A DNA stretch of 64,000 nucleotides from the NCBI GenBank assembly GCA_040386535.1, contig JAZKFH010000009.1, positions 1 to 64,000 of the forward strand. Direction: 5' to 3'. The position numbers were made by a program, and so were the translations under genes. The stretch's first letter is position 1, and each line of letters begins with the position of its first letter. Below the pieces are notes generated by a model. That model saw nothing but the letters and a program-made list of their open reading frames with translations. It was not told the DNA's origin and ran no database searches. This DNA is from Myxococcota bacterium. Lineage in GTDB: Bacteria > Myxococcota_A > UBA796 > SXON01. Below, piece by piece: positions 1 through 8,412 of this stretch.

Positions 1-591
1 TCCGCCGCCACCGCCGGAGCTTCCGCCGCCACCGCCGGAGCTTCCGCCGCCACCGGAGCCGCCGCCCGAACCACCACCACCGCCGGAGCTTCCGCCACCG
101 CCGGACCCGCCGCCCGAACCACCGCCACCGCCGGACCCGCCGCCACCACCGGAGCTACCGCCACCGCCGGAGCCGCCGCCCGAACCACCGCCGCCGCCGG
201 AGCTACCGCCACCGCCGGAGCCGCCGCCCGACCCCGAGCCGCCGCCCGACCCCGAGCCGCCGCCCAGACCGATCGTCACGGAGATCTCGAACTCGGAATC
301 TCCGCTCCCGGCCCCGCCGCCGCTTCCGCTGGAACCGCCGCTTCCGCTGGATCCGCCGCTTCCGCCCGAGCTCCCACCAGAGCCGCTTCCACCAGAGCCA
401 CTTCCACCGGCCCCACCGCCGCTTCCACCGGCCCCACCGCCGCTTCCACCGGCCCCACCGCCGCTTCCACCGGCCCCGCCGCCGCTTCCACCGGCCCCAC
501 CGCCGCCGGCCCCACCGCCGCCGGCGCCACCGCCACCACCACCACCACCACCACCACCCGTGCCGCCACCCGCCGCCGCGCCGCCGCCGCC
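1..591 (-). repeat. Gly/Ser low-complexity coding repeat, including five 21-bp tandem units (CTTCCACCGGCCCCACCGCCG) at 401-505
   Basis: Directly visible. Encodes GGAGGSG and GGGSGGGGSS repeats, interrupted by one island, DSEFEISVTIGL (265-300). Confidence 0.95.
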
Positions 592-1281
592 GGGCTTGGT
601 CGGCGGGTGCTTGTGCGTCGGCGTGGTGAGGACGGGCTTCGGCGTGCCCGGGGAGCCCCCGTTGATGTCGACCTTGCCCGCCTTGAAGGTCTGCGTGCCG
701 GTCTCGACCTTGCCCGAGGTCTTCGCGGCGAGCACGGCCGTCTGCGAGGCGCTCATCGCAATCGACGCGCTCGCGTCGACCTTGAAGTCCTTGCACTTGA
801 AGCTGACGGTCTCGACCGCTTCGTGGATGATGTTCTTGCCGACCTTCTGGGTGATGATCTTGTTGGCGGCGTGGAGCTCCTGGTAGATCGCTTCGTTCTC
901 GGACGTCGCCTTGATCTCGATGCGCTCCTTGCCCGCGGTGTCGTCGAAATCGATCCAGTGCGAGTTTCGCGACCAGAAACGGCGGTGGTCGTCGTTGCCG
1001 TCCTCGTTCGCGTAGGGCTTCGGCTTGTCGGCCCCGCCGTTGTAGACCGCACCCATCACGTAGGGCGACATCGTCCGGTGCGAGAAGCCGAGCACGACCT
1101 CGGTGCCGACCTCGGGGATCATGACGAGGCCGCGGAGCTTCCCGGCCATGGGCGTGAGGATCCGCACCCACGTGGAGTCCGGAGGGGTCTCGCCGTCAAC
1201 TGGGAAGTTGACCTTGATCCTGCCCATCTTGTCGGGGTCGACATTGTCGATGACGATGCCGACTACGAGGCCGTTGATCAT
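1..1281 (-). CDS. Phage baseplate assembly protein V / Gp5-OB (VgrG C-half-like) spike protein with long Gly/Ser-rich C-terminal extension; 3' partial (runs off window)
   Basis: Translated by hand from ATG at 1281: MINGLVVGIVIDNVDPDKMGRIKVNFP...WVRILTPMAGKLRGLVMIPEVGTEVVLGF...VMGAVYNG...FDDTAGKERIEI. The frame stays open to base 1, so it is absent from the ORF track. It is clearly paralogous to the upstream gene. Confidence 0.85.
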   Translation of the reverse strand, partial: MINGLVVGIVIDNVDPDKMGRIKVNFPVDGETPPDSTWVRILTPMAGKLRGLVMIPEVGTEVVLGFSHRTMSPYVMGAVYNGGADKPKPYANEDGNDDHRRFWSRNSHWIDFDDTAGKERIEIKATSENEAIYQELHAANKIITQKVGKNIIHEAVETVSFKCKDFKVDASASIAMSASQTAVLAAKTSGKVETGTQTFKAGKVDINGGSPGTPKPVLTTPTHKHPPTKPGGGGAAAGGGTGGGGGGGGGGGAGGGGAGGGGAGGSGGGAGGSGGGAGGSGGGAGGSGGGAGGSGSGGSGSGGSSGGSGGSSGSGGSSGSGGGAGSGDSEFEISVTIGLGGGSGSGGGSGSGGGSGGGGSSGGGGGSGGGSGGGGSSGGGGGSGGGGGSGGGSGGGGSSGGGGGSGGGSGGGGSSGGGGGSSGGGGG

Positions 1282-1293
1282 GACCTGACCTCG

Positions 1294-1905
1294 TCAGTTG
1301 ATGTTCGTCATCGAGGCGGTGAGCGTGAGGCTGGCGCCCCCGTCGACCGTGCAGCTCGTCCCGGAGGTGAGCTCCATCGTGGTGCCCGCCTTCATCGAGA
1401 TGGAGTTCGTGGCCTCGAGGATGAAGTCCTTGCACTTCCACGACACGGTCTCGACCGCCTCGACGATGATGTCCTTGCCCGAGTAGACGGAGAGCACCTT
1501 CTCCTTCGAGTCCCAGATCAGGCGGATCTCCTCGTTGTGCGTGATGAGCTCGATGCGCTCCTCGCCCGCCGTGTCGTCGAACGTGACACGATGGCCGCTG
1601 CGGCTCTGGAACACCCGCAGGTTGTTCTCGCCGTCCTCGTTCGCGTACGGCGGCGTGTCGACTCCGTTGTAGACGGAGCCGAGCACGATCGCGTTGTCAT
1701 GGTCCCCATGGACGAACGACACCACGACCTCGTCCCCGATCTCGGGGATGGTCATCCAGCCGCGCTCCTGCCCGGCCATCGGCATGGCGAGGCGCGCCCA
1801 CCAGCTGTCCGGCCCGTCGGGGAGGGTCGGGAACTTCACGCGAACGCGCCCGAGCTTCTCCGGGTCGACGTTGTCGGTCACCAGCGCCTCGACGAGCCCA
1901 GGCAT
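1294..1905 (-). CDS. Phage baseplate assembly protein V / Gp5-OB spike protein (short, 203 aa)
   Basis: MPGLVEALVTDNVDPEKLGRVRVKFP...WARLAMPMAGQERG...PEIGDEVVVSF.HGD...VLGSVYNG...SRSGH.VTFDDT is the typical Gp5/VgrG OB-fold plus short beta-helix, ending ..TNIN. Confidence 0.88.
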   Translation of the reverse strand: MPGLVEALVTDNVDPEKLGRVRVKFPTLPDGPDSWWARLAMPMAGQERGWMTIPEIGDEVVVSFVHGDHDNAIVLGSVYNGVDTPPYANEDGENNLRVFQSRSGHRVTFDDTAGEERIELITHNEEIRLIWDSKEKVLSVYSGKDIIVEAVETVSWKCKDFILEATNSISMKAGTTMELTSGTSCTVDGGASLTLTASMTNIN

Positions 1906-1974
1906 TTGTCCGGACACGGGCCGTCCATGCCGATCGGTCACTTTGGGCAAGGCTTCCTCCAACGGGTGGCACCC

Positions 1975-2004
1975 AGTATAGGGCGCCGAGGCGAAACTCG
2001 TCAA
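1975..2004 (-). promoter_or_regulatory. Putative sigma70-type promoter TTGACG-N18-TATACT upstream of the gpV pair
   Basis: Reverse complement of 1975-2004 is ttgacg agtttcgcctcggcgccc tatact. It is intergenic, ~70 nt upstream of the ATG at 1905. Confidence 0.6.
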
Positions 2005-2044
2005 TGCGGTACGCGCCCACGGAGCGGGCGGCGCGAGGCAACAA

Positions 2045-2863
2045 TCAGGTACTTTTCACGCTGATCAAGGCGTGGGCCGCGTGCACCTGCGTGAGGCGGT
2101 CGGATAGCGCGATCGGCCACGCCAGCGGGTCCTTCTCTTCGACGACGTGATGATCGAGGCGAAAATTCTGGAGCGGCGCGCGGCCATCCAGCGCGGCCGT
2201 GAGCTCCGCCGGGGTGAAGCGTCGATCGCGGGGGGTGATGTCGTCGTGGAACGCGTAGGCGCACGTGACGACGAGCTGGCCGCCGGGGCGGAGCAGCGCG
2301 TCCGCCTGGGCGAGCACGAGGGCCGGGTTCGTGGTCGAGTCGAGCAGGTTCGGCAGCACGACGGCGTCGAACGAGGCTGGAAGAAAGGGGGGATCGGCGG
2401 CGTCCCCGCAGATGCGGACGCCGGGGTGGTGGCGCAACATCGCCAGGTTCGAGTCGAGCGCGACCACGTCGGTCCGCGCGCACGCCCCGAGGCCCGCGCC
2501 CATCTCGAGGACCAGCCCTTCGAGCGCCGACACCCGCGTGCGCAGCCAGTCCTGGAGAGCGCCCTCCCGGGACTTGCGGTAGACCGCGAGCAGGCTCGCG
2601 TTGCGCGCCGCGGCGCCACCCATCCCCGTCGTCACGCGAGCGGCCACGTCCTCGGGGAGGTCCGCACGGCGGAGGGCCTCTGCACCCTCGACGCGCAGCC
2701 ACTCGTCGACGTCACGCAGGACGAGGGGGACGCCGTCGATCACCGGGAAGGTGGCGCCGCACCCGCAGCGCAACAAGCCGCCGAACGTTTCGAGGGTCCG
2801 GACGTGAAGGTCCCCGCCGGTGAGGTGGCGGCAGACAGGGCAGACGAGGGGGACCGGGATCAA
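2045..2863 (-). CDS. Class I SAM-dependent methyltransferase with N-terminal Trm112-like Zn ribbon
   Basis: LVCPVC...LLRCGCGATFPVIDGVP; VLEMGAGLG (motif I); GDAADPPFLPASFDAVV; LLRPGGQL. The TTG start overlaps the PAAR stop (TTGA). Confidence 0.8.
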   Translation of the reverse strand: MIPVPLVCPVCRHLTGGDLHVRTLETFGGLLRCGCGATFPVIDGVPLVLRDVDEWLRVEGAEALRRADLPEDVAARVTTGMGGAAARNASLLAVYRKSREGALQDWLRTRVSALEGLVLEMGAGLGACARTDVVALDSNLAMLRHHPGVRICGDAADPPFLPASFDAVVLPNLLDSTTNPALVLAQADALLRPGGQLVVTCAYAFHDDITPRDRRFTPAELTAALDGRAPLQNFRLDHHVVEEKDPLAWPIALSDRLTQVHAAHALISVKST

Positions 2864-3180
2864 CCGCCCACGATCACGTTGGTGCTGCCGGCGATCAAGG
2901 TGCCGACGCCGCCGCAGTGGGTCGTCGTGTCGCCCAGGCGGTGCGCGGGGATGTTGTTGATGAACACGGTGCCGGAGCCCTTCGCGGCGGTCCACGAGTT
3001 CGCGGCGCAGCACGCGATGTGCATCCCGGGGTCACCGACGCGCAACGCGGGCAGGCCGTTGACCATCACGTTCGGCGAGCCGGCCAGGGCGGGCCCGTTG
3101 ACGGGGTGGGGGCAGAGCGGGCAGCCGTGCGCGTCCGCGGGGTTGAACGCCTTGTCCGTGACGCGACCTTGAGGGGGCAT
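2860..3180 (-). CDS. PAAR-domain spike-tip protein
   Basis: MPPQGRVTD...HGCPLCPH...GSPNVMVNGLPALRVGD...GSGTVFINNIPAHRLGDTTTHCGG.G.LIAGSTNVIVGG; GGAGG RBS upstream. Confidence 0.92.
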   Translation of the reverse strand: MPPQGRVTDKAFNPADAHGCPLCPHPVNGPALAGSPNVMVNGLPALRVGDPGMHIACCAANSWTAAKGSGTVFINNIPAHRLGDTTTHCGGVGTLIAGSTNVIVGG

Positions 3181-3287
3181 GCAACCTCCGTCCAAAGAAT
3201 ATCACGGAGGTCGCTTTGCGGGGGATGGCCCAGGAGATCGCGCTTGGACCGGTTCGGCGGTAAGGTGCGCGCGCTCCCGGATCTCGC

Positions 3288-4469
3288 GTGCGTCTCTTCC
3301 CGCTCCTCGCCTTCTTCCTCCTGCCGGCTTGTGGGGACAACCTCACGTCGGACGACAAGCCCACCGCGGACGACACCGCGACCGAGAACGACGCCGACAC
3401 GGACGCCGACAGCGACACGGACACCGACGCGGACTCCGACACGGACACCGACACCGACACGGACGCGGATTCCGACACGGACACCGACACCGATACGGAC
3501 ACGGACACCGACACGGACACGGACACCACGCCCGCGGTGTGCGCCGACGACCTCGACGGGGACGGCGTCACCGCGAGCGACGGGGACTGCCGACCGGCGG
3601 ACGCCGCCGCGTTCCCCGGCGCCGCCGAGCGATGCAATGGTCGTGACGACGATTGTGACGGAGAGGTCGACGAGGAGGACGCGTGCGTGGCGCGTTTCGC
3701 CCCGCCCCCGCCGCCGCCGGACACGGGCGACACCGGCGCCCCGGTCGACACCGACGTGGTGATCGACTCGGGCGACACGGATGACACGGACTCGGAGGAC
3801 ACCGCGACGAGCGACCCGGACGTGGACGACGATCGCGACGGCTACACGGAGAACACGGGGGACTGCGACGACACGAACCGTCGCGTGAACCCGCGCGCGC
3901 CGGAGGTCTGCGACAACGGGGTCGACGACAACTGCGACGGCGTCGACGACATCTGCGACGACCCGGACACCGGCTTCGCGAGGCTCGACTACGTCGGCGA
4001 CTTCACCGTGTGCGAGAACGAGACGTTCCTCCAGGGGCACTTCGGATACGAGCTCACCGGGCTCGGTGACGGCGGGCGCCTGTGCACCGCCATCGGCGAG
4101 TACACGTCGGAAGGCGACGCGACGAGCGGCTGCCCCGACTGCGAGTGGTCCTTCGACCTGGCCGGCCTGCAGAACTCCCGCGCCGCCGGCGACTATTGCG
4201 AACAGTTCGGGATCGACGACGGGTGGCTCGACGGCGCGCTCGACTACTCGTGGGGTTTTGCCAGCACCTACGAGTACGTCGGCGATTTCGGCACGTACTC
4301 GCTCGAGAACGTGCTGATGCTCTACGTGGATCGCACGTCCGGTTGGTTGCCGTTCGCCTACAACTACGCGGGCCGGGAGTCGGTCGAGGGTGACAGCTAC
4401 TACGCGTCGTTCGCCCGCCAGGCCACCACCGCGTACGGCGGCTACGCGTACTACTACTACTACCGGTAG
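3288..4469 (+). CDS. Lipoprotein with (DT)n linker and two MopE-like (putative metal-binding) Cys/Asp repeats
   Basis: Lipobox LLPAC; DTDADSDTD repeats; DLDGDG...DC...FPGAAERCNGRDDDCDG and DRDG..GDCDD...NPRAPEVCDNGVDDNCDG. Confidence 0.8.
   Translation: MRLFPLLAFFLLPACGDNLTSDDKPTADDTATENDADTDADSDTDTDADSDTDTDTDTDADSDTDTDTDTDTDTDTDTDTTPAVCADDLDGDGVTASDGDCRPADAAAFPGAAERCNGRDDDCDGEVDEEDACVARFAPPPPPPDTGDTGAPVDTDVVIDSGDTDDTDSEDTATSDPDVDDDRDGYTENTGDCDDTNRRVNPRAPEVCDNGVDDNCDGVDDICDDPDTGFARLDYVGDFTVCENETFLQGHFGYELTGLGDGGRLCTAIGEYTSEGDATSGCPDCEWSFDLAGLQNSRAAGDYCEQFGIDDGWLDGALDYSWGFASTYEYVGDFGTYSLENVLMLYVDRTSGWLPFAYNYAGRESVEGDSYYASFARQATTAYGGYAYYYYYR
3389..3525 (+). repeat. GACACG/GACACC hexamer coding repeat (Asp-Thr linker)
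   Basis: Directly visible tandem gacacggacaccgac units. Confidence 0.9.
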
Positions 4470-4551
4470 TTCCAGGGTTCCGGCGCGTGCCCGCCGGGAT
4501 CGCGACGCCTCGATCGGGACCGGTTAGGGCGGGGCCGCCGGAGGCCTCGCC

Positions 4552-6480
4552 ATGTCGTTGTTGCTGCTCGTGTTGTCCGCTTGTACCAAGCCGTCCGAGG
4601 ACGACACCGGCGGCGTCACGCCCCGCGCCTTCTCCGACTGCGATCCCATCTCGTACGACTACTGCTCGCTGCCGTACCCCTCCTCGTTCTACCTGCGGGA
4701 AGACGCGGCGACCGCGACCGGGTTCCGCGTCCAGCTCGGCGCGACCACGATCCCGGCCACCCACCAGGGCTACCAGCCGCCGCCCGACCTCTGGAACGAG
4801 CTCGACGGGTTCTCCCCCATGGGGCCGATCCTGGCGCGGTTCCCGAACCTCTCGCTCACCGGCGTTCCGGGGCACGACGACATCGGGGCCTCCGTCGCGG
4901 ACGGCGCCCCCATCGTGCTCGTCGACATGGAGACCGGCGAGAGGATGCCCTACTTCGCCGAGCTCGACATGGCCGGCCAACACGTGGCCGGGCGCGAGTT
5001 CCTGTTCATCCGGCCGGTGGTGCCGCTCCGCAACGGGCACCGCTACGCCGTCGGCGTCCGCAACCTCGTGGACACCGCGGGCGCGCCGATCGTGGCCTCC
5101 GAGGGCTACGCCGCCCTTCGCGACGGCACGGCCACGGACAACTGGGACATCGAGGGCCGCCGCGACACCTTCGACGCGGTGTTTGCCGCGCTCGAGGGGG
5201 ACGGGTGGGCGCGCTCCGAGACCATCCTGGCGTGGGACTTCGTCGTCGCCAGCAAGGAGAAGATCACGGGCCGCGCCGAGTGGATGCGGGACGACACGCT
5301 CTCCCGCATCGGCGCGACCGGCCCCGCCTACGTCATCGACAGCGTCACCGACGAGGTGAGCGACACGATCTACCGCGAGATCCAGGGTCACTTCACCACG
5401 GCGCTGTACCTCGAGGCCGACGACTCCGACACCCTGCTCACCCGCGACGAGAACGGCATGCCGTTCTACAACGGCGACACCAGCGTGCCCTTCACGATCC
5501 GCATCCCGCGCACCGCCGTGGAGGATCCGCGCCCGCTGAAGCTCGTCCAGTACGGGCACGGCCTGCTCGGCGGCCAGGGCGAGGTCGGCTCCGGCTACCT
5601 CGGCGAGATGGCGAACAAGTACGGGTACATCCTGTTCGCCACCAACTGGCGCGGCATGGCCGAGGACGATGTCGACGCCATCACGCTCATGCTCGTGAGC
5701 GACATCGGGCGGTTCGGCATCATCCCCGAAGGCGGGCACCAGGGGCTCGTCGAGTTCGTGGCCGCGGCGGCCATGATGCAGGGGGGCATGGCGACGGACG
5801 CCAACCTCGCGTTCCCCGACCCCGAGAGCGGCGCGATGGTCTCCGTAGTCGACCCGAGCGAGGTCCTCTACTACGGCAATTCGCAGGGCGGCATCCTCGG
5901 CGGGGTGTACCTCGCCCTGTCGCCGACCATCGAGCGCGGCGTTCTCGGCGTGCCGGGCATGCCGTACAGCCTGCTCTTGTCGCGCTCGGCCGACTTCACG
6001 CCGTTCTTCGCGCTCTTCCAGGGCATCTACCGCGACCAGGAGCACATCAGCTTCTGGATGGCGCTGCTCCAGAACCTCTGGGACTCGGCCGAGCCCGGCG
6101 GCTGGGGGCGCCAGATGACGGAGGACCCGATCGCCGGCGTGCCCCCGAAGCGCGTGCTCGTGCAGGACGCCATCGGCGACGCCCAGGTCTCCACGATCGG
6201 CGCCCAGAACATGGCGCGCGCCTACGGCGCCTCCCTGATCGAGAACCCCCTCGCCGAGATCTGGGGCCTCGACATCCAGCCCTCCGAGTTCGCCGGCTCG
6301 GCGTTGGTCGAGTACGCGCACGGCGCGCCCGAGGTTCCCTACACGAACGTGCCTCCCGACAGCGGCGTGGACACGCACGAGGACACCCGCCGCACCCCCG
6401 CCGCCCAGGACCAGCTCGACCTGTTCCTCACGACGGGCGTGGTGAAGCAGTTCTGCGACGGCGTGTGTGACCCCGAGTAG
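4552..6480 (+). CDS. Lipoprotein, probable alpha/beta-hydrolase (secreted lipase-like, with N-terminal Ig-like region)
   Basis: Lipobox VLSAC; YGHGLLG; nucleophile elbow YYGNSQGG; D and H candidates near the C-terminus (GDAQV, DTHE). Confidence 0.65.
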   Translation: MSLLLLVLSACTKPSEDDTGGVTPRAFSDCDPISYDYCSLPYPSSFYLREDAATATGFRVQLGATTIPATHQGYQPPPDLWNELDGFSPMGPILARFPNLSLTGVPGHDDIGASVADGAPIVLVDMETGERMPYFAELDMAGQHVAGREFLFIRPVVPLRNGHRYAVGVRNLVDTAGAPIVASEGYAALRDGTATDNWDIEGRRDTFDAVFAALEGDGWARSETILAWDFVVASKEKITGRAEWMRDDTLSRIGATGPAYVIDSVTDEVSDTIYREIQGHFTTALYLEADDSDTLLTRDENGMPFYNGDTSVPFTIRIPRTAVEDPRPLKLVQYGHGLLGGQGEVGSGYLGEMANKYGYILFATNWRGMAEDDVDAITLMLVSDIGRFGIIPEGGHQGLVEFVAAAAMMQGGMATDANLAFPDPESGAMVSVVDPSEVLYYGNSQGGILGGVYLALSPTIERGVLGVPGMPYSLLLSRSADFTPFFALFQGIYRDQEHISFWMALLQNLWDSAEPGGWGRQMTEDPIAGVPPKRVLVQDAIGDAQVSTIGAQNMARAYGASLIENPLAEIWGLDIQPSEFAGSALVEYAHGAPEVPYTNVPPDSGVDTHEDTRRTPAAQDQLDLFLTTGVVKQFCDGVCDPE

Positions 6481-6553
6481 CTCTCCGGGTTGAAGGCGGC
6501 GAGTTGCGTGCGCACCCAAGGACCTGGCCGCCCTGGCGGAGAGGAGATCCCGG

Positions 6554-8116
6554 ATGCGTACGAACAATCTCTGGTCTGCGACGGGGGAGGAGCCGCCCCG
6601 CGGCCGGCTCCAGCAGGACCTTCGCGCCGATGTGTGCGTGATCGGCGCCGGCGTCGCCGGGCTGACCACCGCGTACCTGCTCGCGCGGGAGGGGCGGAAC
6701 GTCGTGGTGCTCGAGCTCGGCAACGTGGCGAGCGGCGAGACCCGCCACACGACCGCCCACCTCTCCAACGCCATGGACGACCGGTTCGTGGAGCTGGAGC
6801 GCATCCACGGGCGTGACGGCGCCCGGCTCGCCGCGGAGAGCCACGGCGCCGCGATCGTGCGCATCGAGACGATCGTGGCCGACGAGGACATCGCCTGCGA
6901 TTTCGACCGCGTGGACGGCTACCTCTTCCAGCCGCCCGGCCGCCCCACCTCCGAGCTCTCCGAGGAGCTCGCTGTCGCCCGTCGGGCCGGCGTGATCGTC
7001 GAGATGATCGCCCGGGCCCCGATCGAGGGCTTCGACACCGGGCCGTGCCTCCGGTTCTCGGGCCAGGCCCAGATCCACCCGCTCAAGTACATGCACGGCC
7101 TGGCCCACGCGTTCGAGCAGCTCGGGGGGCGCATCTTCTGCGGCACGCACGTCACCGAGGTGCACGGCGGCAACGAGGCCGAGGTCATCACCCGCGACGG
7201 CGCCGTCGTGCGCGCCCGCGCCGCGGTCGTCGCGACGAACTCGCCCATCAACAACCGGTTCGCGCTCCACACCCGGCAGGTGCCCTACCGCACCTTCGTG
7301 ATCGGCGCGATCGTGCCGCGGGGCGTGGTCACCAAGGCGCTCTACTGGGACGACGCCGATCCGTACCACTACGTGCGCCTCGAGGCCGCGGTCGACCCCA
7401 CGGCCGACACCGACGTGCTGATCGTGGGCGGGGAGGACGCCCGCACGGGGGATGTGCGTGACGACGAGGCCCGCTACGCGCGGCTCGAAGCATGGGCGCG
7501 CGCGCGATGGCCGATGGTCCGCGACGTGCCCTACCGGTGGTCGGGCCAGGTGTACGAACCGGTCGACGGCCTCGCGTTCATCGGCAAGAACCCCTTGGAC
7601 GCGGACAACGTGTACGTCGCGACGGGAGACTCGGGGCAGGGCATGACCCACGGCACCATCGCCGGGATGTTGCTCACCGACCTCATCTGCGGGCGCAAGA
7701 ACCCCTGGACCCGGCTCTACGATCCAGCGCGTGTGCGGCTCGGCTCGGCGCGGGACTACGCGAAGGACAACATCGACACGGCTGCGCATTACGCCGAATG
7801 GCTCACGCCCGGCGAGGTGCGGAGCGTGGACGCCATCGCGCCCGGCGAGGGCGCCGTCTTGCGGCAGGGGCTCCAGAAGGTCGCCGCCTACCGCGCCGAA
7901 GACGGCACCGTGTCGATGTGCAGCGCGACGTGCACCCACCTCGGGTGTGTCGTCGGGTGGAACAAGAGCGAGTCGATCTGGGAGTGCCCGTGCCACGGGT
8001 CCCGCTTCGATCGTTTCGGCAAGGTGGTCAACGGGCCCGCCACGGCCGACCTCGCGGCGCTCCCGGGCGCCCCCGCACCCGCGACGAAGAAGAAGAAGGT
8101 CCTCGAACCGGTGTGA
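6554..8116 (+). CDS. FAD-dependent oxidoreductase with C-terminal Rieske [2Fe-2S] domain (YhfW-like)
   Basis: [26 protein letters not shown]; Rieske motifs CTHLGC and [10 protein letters not shown]. Confidence 0.92.
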   Translation: MRTNNLWSATGEEPPRGRLQQDLRADVCVIGAGVAGLTTAYLLAREGRNVVVLELGNVASGETRHTTAHLSNAMDDRFVELERIHGRDGARLAAESHGAAIVRIETIVADEDIACDFDRVDGYLFQPPGRPTSELSEELAVARRAGVIVEMIARAPIEGFDTGPCLRFSGQAQIHPLKYMHGLAHAFEQLGGRIFCGTHVTEVHGGNEAEVITRDGAVVRARAAVVATNSPINNRFALHTRQVPYRTFVIGAIVPRGVVTKALYWDDADPYHYVRLEAAVDPTADTDVLIVGGEDARTGDVRDDEARYARLEAWARARWPMVRDVPYRWSGQVYEPVDGLAFIGKNPLDADNVYVATGDSGQGMTHGTIAGMLLTDLICGRKNPWTRLYDPARVRLGSARDYAKDNIDTAAHYAEWLTPGEVRSVDAIAPGEGAVLRQGLQKVAAYRAEDGTVSMCSATCTHLGCVVGWNKSESIWECPCHGSRFDRFGKVVNGPATADLAALPGAPAPATKKKKVLEPV

Positions 8117-8140
8117 CTACATCGTGACGAGGAGGGGCGC

Positions 8141-8407
8141 ATGGCGGACAAGGAAGACGAGGTCGACCCCATCGGCGGGGACATCCCCCCGTCCGTGAGC
8201 ATCAGCAAGGAGCGCGCGGACGGGCAGGACTCACGGGCGACCGCGCGGCTGGGCGAGGAGCCGAACGGCCCGAGCACGCGGGTGACCCAAGGTCGAGGCA
8301 TCGCCGCGAAGATCGCCGAACACGAGGCGATCATCCAGCACAAGGAGCTGCCGGAGGAGGCGGCCATCCAGTTCGAGAAGAGAGGAAAACGGCACAGGCA
8401 CGAGTAG
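8141..8407 (+). CDS. Hypothetical small hydrophilic protein
   Basis: ATG with GAGGAGG RBS; fills the gap between neighbouring genes; GC3-biased codons. Confidence 0.6.
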   Translation: MADKEDEVDPIGGDIPPSVSISKERADGQDSRATARLGEEPNGPSTRVTQGRGIAAKIAEHEAIIQHKELPEEAAIQFEKRGKRHRHE

Positions 8408-8412
8408 GCCGG

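Noticed and set aside
401..505. 21-bp tandem repeats (and the DT hexamer repeats) as a possible CRISPR array
   Set aside because: No unique spacers, the repeats are in-frame coding sequence, and there are no cas genes.
203..1171. 322-aa ORF with poly-Trp and WGRWKRR repeats, and the 97-aa poly-Val ORF at 276-569
   Set aside because: Alternative frames of the Gly/Ser repeat. The real frame is the gpV-2 ORF starting at 1281.
4054..6891. 945-aa minus-strand ORF and similar long antisense ORFs (e.g. 12369-15056, 14896-17193, 31387-33585, 35642-38032, 55455-58001)
   Set aside because: These are shadow frames opposite well-supported genes. High GC3 suppresses stop codons, and the translations are R/G/V/A-rich with no motifs.
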